Positions 56,442-64,000 of a stretch of DNA of 64,000 nucleotides are shown here, piece by piece. This DNA comes from Candidatus Eiseniibacteriota bacterium (lineage in GTDB: Bacteria; Eisenbacteria; RBG-16-71-46; CAZAMP01). Numbering within the stretch: position 1 is the first letter of the stretch; every line of letters begins with the position of its first letter. The DNA lies in contig OZ245046.1 in NCBI GenBank assembly GCA_965224245.1, positions 4,608,001 through 4,672,000 of the forward strand. Direction: 5' to 3'. The notes under the pieces were generated by a model. It made no database searches. It was not told the origin of the DNA and saw only the letters and a list, made by a program, of their open reading frames with translations. The position numbers were made by a program, and so were the translations under genes.

Positions 56442-58298
56442 GTGGATGCACAGGCGCGCGTCGCGCGATGGCTCGCCATCGCCGCGCGCGCCGTCGAGCT
56501 CGATCCCGCCACGTCGGGTGAGGCCGGTGCCTCGGCCGGAGCGAGGGTTCCCCTGCGGCGATTCGCCTCCGCGCTGGCCGCCGTGCGCGTGGCCCCGTCC
56601 GTGACCGACCCGTCCTCGCGCGGTGTGCCGCACCACGTCGCGATCTTCGGCGGCACGAACAGCGGCAAGTCGACCGTGGCCAGCCTGCTCCTCGGCGTCG
56701 ACAGCGGCGCGATGGCCGTGCGCGCGCGCTACACGCAGCACCCCACGGCCTACCACGCCGGCGATGCCGCGTGGATCTCCCGCCCGAGCTGGCCCCTGTC
56801 CGCGTACCGGGTCCATCGAGACGATCCGCCTCACTACAGCGACGAGGACATCGCCCGTGGCCGGTACGTACCGGGCATTCACCTCCGTCGGCGCGACGCC
56901 CTTCCCCGGATCGACGTGAGCGCCGCTCACGCCGAGCCCGGCCCCGTCCTGCCTGACGACGTCGTCCTGTGGGATCTCCCCGACTTCTCCACCGACGCCG
57001 CGGCCGCCTATCTCGACTCGGTGCTGGACATCATCGCACTGGCCGACCTCGTGCTCCTGACGCTCACCGAGGAATCCTACGCCGACGCTCGAGTGGACGA
57101 TCTCCTGGGGCTCGTGGGGCGCTCCGGGGTGGAGACACGCGTCATCGCCAACAAGGTCTCCGGCGATCCCGATCTCCTCGAGCACATCGAGGGTCGCATC
57201 GGCGAGATCCACGACCGCGGTCGCGTGTTCGCGCTGCCCCGCGTGGACGGATCCAGCGCGTCGGCGCGTCTGGCCGAGCTCATCGGGACCGAGGACGCGC
57301 GGGCGCTGCAAGCCGACGTCCACGCGGCCCTCGCCGACCGGGGACAGCTGCGCCGGCACGCGATCGAGGGGGCGCTCCGGCTCTGGGAGCGCGACGTGGA
57401 CACGATCCTGTCCCCGCTGGTGGAGGCCGCGGACGCGGACCTGGCCTGGCGCCGGTTCGTGCGCGAGCAGACCGAATCGATCATCCTGAGTGGCTACAGA
57501 CGGGACTATCTCGAGACCAGCGACTACGGCGAGTTCAACGAGACGGTCGTTCGCGTGCTGGATCTGCTCGAGGTTCCCGGCGTGGGTCCGGTGCTCCGAC
57601 AGGTGGCCAACATCGCGCGAGTGCCCATGCGTCTGGTGCTGGACACGCTCCGCGGGGCGTTCAACCAGATCGTGCCTCGTGATCGAGCGAAGACGAGAAC
57701 GCTCGAGCACCAGATCCTGGCCGTCCTCACGGCCGAATGGCTGGACGCCCTCAGGCGCGAGGCGCAACGGCTCGCCCAGGACACCCGGGAGGCGCAGTGG
57801 GCGGACATCGCCCGTACGCTCGGGGATCGCTCCGCGCTGGACCTGATCGAGTCGCGCTTCGTCGAGGCCTACGGCCGATATGCCGAGCTCCGCGGTCGTG
57901 AGGTCCGCGAGCGGGCGCGGGAGATCGTGGCCATCCTGGAGGACCACCCGGCCCTGTGCCGTACGCTACGATCGGTGCGACTCGGAACCGATCTGGCGGC
58001 GATCACCGCGGCGGTGGCCAGCGGCGGACTCAGCTGGACCGATGCGCTCTGGGGTCCCCTGGTGGCGGCGGTGATGCAGGAGGTGTTCGAGGCCGGGCTC
58101 GGCGTGTACATCGATGGACAGAAGCGACGCCTGAAACGGCGCCAGTTCGACCTGGTGGAACGTCTCGTACTGGAGGCGATGGAGGCGCCGGTGCTCGCGC
58201 TGGCCCCGTCCACGACCACGCACGACGATCTGGCCGCCGTGCGTTCGGACGTCGCGGCGGTCTCGGAGCTTCTCGGCCGCCACGCCTGGGGGACCTGA
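56442..58298 (+). CDS. Dynamin-like/Era-like GTPase with helical C-terminus
   Basis: G1 GGTNSGKST, G3 DLPD, G4 NKV. Hydrophobic hairpin near the C-terminus. Confidence 0.75.
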   Translation: MDAQARVARWLAIAARAVELDPATSGEAGASAGARVPLRRFASALAAVRVAPSVTDPSSRGVPHHVAIFGGTNSGKSTVASLLLGVDSGAMAVRARYTQHPTAYHAGDAAWISRPSWPLSAYRVHRDDPPHYSDEDIARGRYVPGIHLRRRDALPRIDVSAAHAEPGPVLPDDVVLWDLPDFSTDAAAAYLDSVLDIIALADLVLLTLTEESYADARVDDLLGLVGRSGVETRVIANKVSGDPDLLEHIEGRIGEIHDRGRVFALPRVDGSSASARLAELIGTEDARALQADVHAALADRGQLRRHAIEGALRLWERDVDTILSPLVEAADADLAWRRFVREQTESIILSGYRRDYLETSDYGEFNETVVRVLDLLEVPGVGPVLRQVANIARVPMRLVLDTLRGAFNQIVPRDRAKTRTLEHQILAVLTAEWLDALRREAQRLAQDTREAQWADIARTLGDRSALDLIESRFVEAYGRYAELRGREVRERAREIVAILEDHPALCRTLRSVRLGTDLAAITAAVASGGLSWTDALWGPLVAAVMQEVFEAGLGVYIDGQKRRLKRRQFDLVERLVLEAMEAPVLALAPSTTTHDDLAAVRSDVAAVSELLGRHAWGT

Positions 58299-60211
58299 TG
58301 CGAGCGATCGACGATCTGCGCCGCGCGCTGGACGCGTCCCGCGTGGTCGCGATCGACCCCGACGGGCGGGCCCGGATCGACGAGGCCATCGAGCGAGCCC
58401 GCACGCTGCTCGCGAGCGCGGGCCCGCCGCGGCTGGTCGTCGCCATCACGGGCGGCACCGGCGCCGGCAAGAGCACGCTGATCAACGCGCTCGCGGGGCG
58501 TTCGATCGCCGTCGCCGCGGCCACGCGCCCGACGACGACGTCGCTCCACGTCTATCATCATCGCGACCTCCCACCCGACGTGATCCCGCCCTGGCTCCGG
58601 GAGGAGGCGGCGTTCACGGCACACGCCGAGCCCAGCCTCGCGAACGCGGTGTTGATCGACACACCCGATCTGGACAGCTTCGTCACCGAGCATCGCCGCC
58701 TGACCCGCGCGCTCCTGAAGGCCGCGGGTCTGGTGCTGTACGTGTTCACGCCGGACAAGTACGCCGACGAGCGGGTGTGGTCGGTGCTGCGGGAGGAGAA
58801 GGAGTTCAGCTCCTGCGCGGCCGTGCTCAATCGGATCGACGAGGTCGCGCCCGGCGAGGTCCCGTCGATTCTCGCCGACATCCGCGAGCGCTTCGCAGGC
58901 GTCGGCGTCAATGACGTTCCAGTCTTCGCGACCAGCGCTCGCGACCACGCGCCGGGCGGCGACGGTGTGCACCGGCGGCACGACTCGTTTCCGGCGCTGG
59001 TGGCGTTTCTGGAGCACGAGCGTCGCGACGGTGACCTCGCACGGCAGCGTCGCGCCCAGCGCGAGCGCGCCGTGGAGGCCGTGCGCACCGCGATCGCGGC
59101 GTCGGTGCCACGGGCGATCGACACGCACCTCTCCCGGCTGGATCGGGCCACCGACGAGCGGATCGATGCCGCGGTCGGCGAGCTGGACGCCACGATCGAC
59201 GAGCGGCTGTCCGCGCTGACGGACGCGCTACGCCCGGTGGCCGTGCTTGCGGGTCGGGCCAGCTTCTGGGGGCCGCTACGGGCGTGGCTCGCGGTGGGCG
59301 ACTTCGTCCGCTACGGCCTGCCCGGGATGGCGCGGCGCGCCGTCGCCGGCTTCCGTGGAACCGGTACGCGCGCCCCGATCGATCTGGGCGCGACGGCGGC
59401 GACCGAGATCTCGCGTCGGATCGCGCGTGACCTGCAGGCGCTCCAGGACCGCCTCTACGAGTGGGGACTGCCGGTCGCGCGGTGGCAGGCCCTGGCCGAG
59501 TCCATCGACGCCGCCCCCATCGCCGATCGCGTGGCCGACGAGATCGCATCGCGTTTCCAGCTCGCGAGCGCCCGGCGGCCCCTGGCTGTGCGCGTGGTCG
59601 CGTGGGTGCTCTCGGCGGTCGCGTTCGTCGTATCGCTCGTGGTCTCGGGCGCGGCGCTGTGGGAGATCGGACGCCGGCTGGTCCGGGGCGAGATCGCGGC
59701 CTTCGACGTGTTGCTCGATGCAGGGGCGCTGCTCGTGCTCGCGTTCGTGCTTCTGGGGGCGCTCAGCATGCTCGTGGGCGCCCGGGGACCCAACGTGCAC
59801 CGACTGCGCCGCGAGGTCCTGCGGGACGTGGTCGGCGGCCGGATCGCCTCGGTGGTCGACACGTACCGGGGCGAGCTCGTGCGTGAGCTGGAGCGGCTCG
59901 AGGTGCCCGTCGACGAGATGATGGCGCTCGCCCACGACGGTCCTGGTGACGGCGGTCCCGATCGACGCGACGCCGTGCGGTCCCCATCCGACGACCCTCG
60001 AGCGGGCGACGCCCCGGAGAGCCCCACCGCTCCGGACGGTGCCCCCGACCCGAACGACACCGATCCAGGCGACGGGTCGCCCGGGCCGGCGGATGACGGC
60101 AGGACCGACCCGCCGGCCAGCGCCGGAGAACGCGAGGCCTACGCCGGGTCTCTCGCCGCGCGCATGGCCAGGGCCGCCGAGCGCGGCCGATCCGGCGATT
60201 CCGGGCGTTGA
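58298..60211 (+). CDS. Dynamin-like/Era-like GTPase with TM helices
   Basis: GGTGAGKSTLIN, RPTT, DTPD, KYAD, NRID, TSA. Two TMs; TGATG coupling to the previous gene. Confidence 0.8.
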   Translation: MRAIDDLRRALDASRVVAIDPDGRARIDEAIERARTLLASAGPPRLVVAITGGTGAGKSTLINALAGRSIAVAAATRPTTTSLHVYHHRDLPPDVIPPWLREEAAFTAHAEPSLANAVLIDTPDLDSFVTEHRRLTRALLKAAGLVLYVFTPDKYADERVWSVLREEKEFSSCAAVLNRIDEVAPGEVPSILADIRERFAGVGVNDVPVFATSARDHAPGGDGVHRRHDSFPALVAFLEHERRDGDLARQRRAQRERAVEAVRTAIAASVPRAIDTHLSRLDRATDERIDAAVGELDATIDERLSALTDALRPVAVLAGRASFWGPLRAWLAVGDFVRYGLPGMARRAVAGFRGTGTRAPIDLGATAATEISRRIARDLQALQDRLYEWGLPVARWQALAESIDAAPIADRVADEIASRFQLASARRPLAVRVVAWVLSAVAFVVSLVVSGAALWEIGRRLVRGEIAAFDVLLDAGALLVLAFVLLGALSMLVGARGPNVHRLRREVLRDVVGGRIASVVDTYRGELVRELERLEVPVDEMMALAHDGPGDGGPDRRDAVRSPSDDPRAGDAPESPTAPDGAPDPNDTDPGDGSPGPADDGRTDPPASAGEREAYAGSLAARMARAAERGRSGDSGR

Positions 60212-60237
60212 CGCGTTTCGGCCTCTCCCCGCATACT
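60208..60237 (+). promoter_or_regulatory. Putative sigma70 promoter of typA
   Basis: TTGACG, 18-nt spacer, CATACT. Confidence 0.4.
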
Positions 60238-60299
60238 CCTCCGCCATCGGTTCGGGCTCGAGCATTCGGTCGTCACGCCGTGAGGCGGGGATTCCACGC

Positions 60300-62117
60300 A
60301 TGAACATTCGAAACGTCGCGATCATCGCACACGTGGATCACGGGAAGACCACGCTGGTCGATCAGATCCTCCGTCAGTGCCACGTCTTCCGCGACGACCA
60401 GGAGGTCGCGGAGCGCGTCCTGGACTCGAACGACCTGGAGCGCGAGCGCGGCATCACGATCATGTCGAAGAACATCGCGGTGCCGTATCGCGACACCCGC
60501 ATCAACCTGATCGACACCCCCGGCCACGCCGACTTCGGGGGTGAGGTCGAGCGCGTCCTGAAGATGGCCGACGGCGTGCTGCTCCTGGTCGACGCGTTCG
60601 AGGGACCGATGCCGCAGACCCGGTTCGTGTTGCAGAAGGCGCTCGGTCTGCACCTGAAGCCGATCGTGGTCATCAACAAGGTGGATCGTCCGAACTGCCG
60701 ACCGGCCGAGGTGGTCGACGAGGTGCTGGATCTGTTCATCGATCTCGGGGCCGACGAGAACCAGCTCGACTTTCCGGTGGTGTACGCGGCCGGGCGTGAT
60801 GGCTGGGCCACGCTGAGCCTCGATCACGACCGCGCGAACCTCGAGCCGCTGATGGAGACGATCGTGGGCGCCATCCCGCCGCCGGAGGTGGCCGACGGGC
60901 CGCTTCAGATGCTCGTGACGGCGCTCGACCACAGCGACTACGTGGGACGCATCGGAATCGGCCGCGTCTTCCGAGGCTCCATCCAGGCCAAGTCCACGGT
61001 CGCCATCGTCAAGCGCGCCGACGGCGCGGTGCAGGAGGCCGACATCCGGCGGCTGGACGTGTTCGAGGGCCTCGGTCGGCGCGAGACCAGCTTCGTCGGC
61101 GGCGGCGACATCTGCGCGGTCGTCGGCATCGAGGGCATCGACATCGGCGACACCATCGCCGACGTCGAGCATCCCGATCCCCTCCCGATCATCGCCATGG
61201 ACGAGCCCACGCTGTCGATGTACTTCATGGCGAACAACAGCCCGTTCTACGGCAACGAAGGCAAGTACTGCACGAGCCGCCAGGTCCGCGATCGCCTCTA
61301 CAAGGAGACCCAGCGCGACATGGCGCTCCGCGTCGAGGACACGCACAACCCCGACACGTTTCGCGTCTCGGGCCGCGGGGTCCTGCACCTGTCGATCCTG
61401 ATCGAGTCGATGCGTCGCGAGGGCTACGAGCTGATGGTGGGACAGCCTCGCGTCATCTACAAGGAGATCGACGGCAAGAAGGCCGAGCCGGTCGAGATCC
61501 TGACCGTGGACGTTCCCGACGAGCACGTCGGCACCGTGATCGAGTACGTGGCCACCCGTAAGGGCGACATGCTCGACATGGAGCCGGGCGAGGGCCGCAC
61601 GCGTCTGGTCTTTCACATCCCCAGCCGGGGCCTGATCGGATTCCGGAGCAAGATGCTGCGGAGCACATCGGGCGAGGTCGTGATCAATCACCGATTCCAT
61701 CAGTACGAGAACTTCAAGGGCTCGATCCCAGAGCGCCAGACCGGCAGCATCGTCTCCATGGCCCAGGGCGAGGCGGTCGGGTTCGCACTGGACGCGTTGC
61801 AGGACCGCGGACGGTTCTTCATCGGTCCCGGCGAGAAGCTCTACGAGGGACAGATCCTCGGCGAGCACGCGAAGGAGGGCGATCTCGTGGTCAACGCGCA
61901 GAAGGCCAAGAAGCTGACCAACATGCGCGCAGCGGGATCGGACAAGGCGCTGAAGCTGGCGCCGCCGACGCGGCTGAGCCTCGAGGAAGCGCTCGAATAC
62001 GTCAACAACGATGAGTTCGTCGAGGTGACGCCGAAGTCGATCCGGCTCCGGAAGTCGGTGCTGAACGACTCCGAGCGGAAGCTGGCCGAGAAGCATGCGA
62101 AGAAGGCCGTCAGCTGA
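60300..62117 (+). CDS. typA: Translational GTPase TypA/BipA
   Basis: NIRNVAIIAHVDHGKTTLVD, LERERGITI, DTPGHADFGGEVER, KKLTNMRAAGSD, EVTPKSIRLRK. Confidence 0.97.
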   Translation: MNIRNVAIIAHVDHGKTTLVDQILRQCHVFRDDQEVAERVLDSNDLERERGITIMSKNIAVPYRDTRINLIDTPGHADFGGEVERVLKMADGVLLLVDAFEGPMPQTRFVLQKALGLHLKPIVVINKVDRPNCRPAEVVDEVLDLFIDLGADENQLDFPVVYAAGRDGWATLSLDHDRANLEPLMETIVGAIPPPEVADGPLQMLVTALDHSDYVGRIGIGRVFRGSIQAKSTVAIVKRADGAVQEADIRRLDVFEGLGRRETSFVGGGDICAVVGIEGIDIGDTIADVEHPDPLPIIAMDEPTLSMYFMANNSPFYGNEGKYCTSRQVRDRLYKETQRDMALRVEDTHNPDTFRVSGRGVLHLSILIESMRREGYELMVGQPRVIYKEIDGKKAEPVEILTVDVPDEHVGTVIEYVATRKGDMLDMEPGEGRTRLVFHIPSRGLIGFRSKMLRSTSGEVVINHRFHQYENFKGSIPERQTGSIVSMAQGEAVGFALDALQDRGRFFIGPGEKLYEGQILGEHAKEGDLVVNAQKAKKLTNMRAAGSDKALKLAPPTRLSLEEALEYVNNDEFVEVTPKSIRLRKSVLNDSERKLAEKHAKKAVS

Positions 62118-62254
62118 CAACCGGTCGGTACGGTCATCCGAAATCGTAGCGAGTACACCATTGTAGGTTCCGCACCCATCGGAGCGGATGTCCGCAGTCC
62201 ATCGGCCACGTGTCCGCCGGCGGCATACCAGCGTTCTCAACCTGGGAGGTCGAC

Positions 62255-64000
62255 GTGCGCCATCGGGGTCAAGCCGCATGGGTCGCCGCCGCGTTCACCG
62301 GACTGGCGGTCGGGTTCGCGGCGGCGGACGAGTTCTTTCCCCTCGGACTCTACGGGGCGGGCATGTTTCCCCCGAGCAGCCGCCAGTGGGCATGCTGCCC
62401 GGGGCCGGGCTGCATGCCCGACGTGAGCTGTACCGCGCCGGAGTGGAACGCGTTCGACGACGTCGCGGCAAATTCCGCCTTCAACGTTGTTCAGGACTAT
62501 TTCTACCGGACCGGCTATCCATCCTGGGTTCAGTTCGGGGATGTGGAGTGCTTCCTCGAGTCCGTCGAGGCCGCCGGCCTCAAAGCCATGGTCAGCCTGC
62601 CGCGCTGGCTTCCCGACGACATCTCGCCGACCTGCGCCCACAACGTCGCGGAGTCGTTCCATGCACCGCTGAATGCTTTCCAGCGCGCGCTCACCGACTC
62701 GGCTGCCGCGATGGTGGCCCGGCTGATGTCCAACGATGCCGTCTACGGCTGGTATCTGGCCGACGAACCGATCGACATCACCCACGATGCCGCCTTCCAC
62801 AGCATCGCGGTCTCGGCCGAAAAGCTGGAGCACGCCCGCAACGTCCTCCGAGGAATCGACGGCTCACATCCGATGCTCATCACGCTGCCGGACTACGACT
62901 CGTTCCTGTTCAACTCCGCCCCATGGCCCGTCAGCTCGGGTGACGATCGCTACGCGGACTGGCGTTGGAACAACGACGGCCCGACACGGGAGTACCGTGA
63001 TCCGTGCTGTCCCGACTTCAACTGCCAGCCGTGGATATGGAATGCCCCGTGTGTCCACGACACCCTCTGCACGACCGGCGGCACCGACCACTGTGGCTGC
63101 CCGGGTATCGAGCTGACGCAGGACTACACGTTCGCCGCCGACATCATCCAGGACGACACCTACGTCTCCGTCACCGCCGACTCGCTCGACCTCGAGATCT
63201 ACACGAAGCGCCTGCGCCAACAGGACGATCTGGTCGCGTCACAGCGTGCCGCCGGCGGCGCCGCCCAAGTGGTCATCTCGGTGGCCACGACGACCGGCTG
63301 TCCCGACAGTCCGGTCACGGTCCGTCCCAGTGCGGACAAGCTCCGATACGAGACCTACGCCAGCATCATCCACGGCATGGAGGGGGTCTGGTACTGGTCT
63401 TACGACCTGTCGTTCGACGATCCGGATGCGGACGGAAACTGTACGGTCGATGCTTGCATCCGGTACGGACCACCGGGCCCGTACTTCACCGGCGTGATGG
63501 CTCCGCTCTCGTTCGAGCTGGCAGGGATCGAGGATCACCTCCTGGGGACCAGCGTTCTGGAGTACCACTGGGAGGAAGACCTGACCGATGGAGATCCCTT
63601 CAACGACGGCGTTCCCGTTCAGCCCAACTCGGCCGAGACGTGGTTGAAGGACTACCACGTCGTTCATCAGCTCATGAAGAACGACGGAGCCCAGACGCTG
63701 CTGATGACGGCCAACGCAGGAGCGGACACGCTCGACATCCTCTTCGACATCTCCGCGCTGCCGGATGCCCCGGAATTCAACACGATCAAGAACGCCACGA
63801 TGGCGACCGTCCACAAGCTCGGCACGACACAGACCGTCCCCATCTCCAGCGGGACGATGGCCGCCCAGTACCTCCCGTACGAGGTGCGGCTGTACGAGTT
63901 CGTGGCGCCCATCGTGAGGGTTCCCGACGACGAACCCGATCTGCAGGTCGCGATCGACAACGCCGCGCCCGGGACGATCGTTCAGGCCGCGCCAGGAACC
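62255..64000 (+). CDS. 3'-truncated secreted protein: clan GH-A-like TIM barrel followed by start of a beta-helix domain
   Basis: My translation from GTG 62255 (GGGAGGT RBS) has no stop to the edge: signal peptide, FFPLGLYG, YGWYLADEP, LRYETYASIIHGMEGVWYWSY, VPDDEPDLQVAIDNAAPGT. Confidence 0.8.
   Translation, partial: MRHRGQAAWVAAAFTGLAVGFAAADEFFPLGLYGAGMFPPSSRQWACCPGPGCMPDVSCTAPEWNAFDDVAANSAFNVVQDYFYRTGYPSWVQFGDVECFLESVEAAGLKAMVSLPRWLPDDISPTCAHNVAESFHAPLNAFQRALTDSAAAMVARLMSNDAVYGWYLADEPIDITHDAAFHSIAVSAEKLEHARNVLRGIDGSHPMLITLPDYDSFLFNSAPWPVSSGDDRYADWRWNNDGPTREYRDPCCPDFNCQPWIWNAPCVHDTLCTTGGTDHCGCPGIELTQDYTFAADIIQDDTYVSVTADSLDLEIYTKRLRQQDDLVASQRAAGGAAQVVISVATTTGCPDSPVTVRPSADKLRYETYASIIHGMEGVWYWSYDLSFDDPDADGNCTVDACIRYGPPGPYFTGVMAPLSFELAGIEDHLLGTSVLEYHWEEDLTDGDPFNDGVPVQPNSAETWLKDYHVVHQLMKNDGAQTLLMTANAGADTLDILFDISALPDAPEFNTIKNATMATVHKLGTTQTVPISSGTMAAQYLPYEVRLYEFVAPIVRVPDDEPDLQVAIDNAAPGTIVQAAPGT

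Noticed and set aside
1-64000. tRNA, rRNA, transposase, integrase, prophage or cas genes
   Set aside because: No supporting motifs seen by eye; a short RNA gene could still have been missed.

Overview
Very GC-rich (about 70% by eye) chromosomal segment from a diderm bacterium: it encodes TamA/TamB, FadL and many lipoproteins. The lipoprotein style suggests an FCB-group candidate phylum, which is inference only. I find about 41 protein genes and no rRNA, tRNA, CRISPR array or recognisable mobile element. Ordinary genes include enoyl-CoA hydratase, a fadD-fadL-SGNH lipid-uptake unit, a ThrE exporter, tamAB, aconitase, rhomboid, a YugP-type peptidase and typA. Less ordinary features: (1) the tail of an operon with a Zn-ribbon protein, a divergent class IIb aminoacyl-tRNA-synthetase paralog and methyltransferases; (2) a signalling module of Ser/Thr kinase, atypical ECF-like sigma, zf-HC2 anti-sigma and a transglutaminase-like/ClpN fusion; (3) two intergenic structured-RNA candidates (about 4.48-4.57 kb, with its own promoter and terminator, and about 55.18-55.33 kb); (4) a lipoprotein cluster with an internal domain duplication; (5) a tandem pair of dynamin-like GTPases; (6) several probable pseudo-enzymes; (7) a large secreted Cys-rich glycoside-hydrolase-like ORF at the right edge that the ORF track missed. 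All family calls come from motif recognition by eye; no searches were run.
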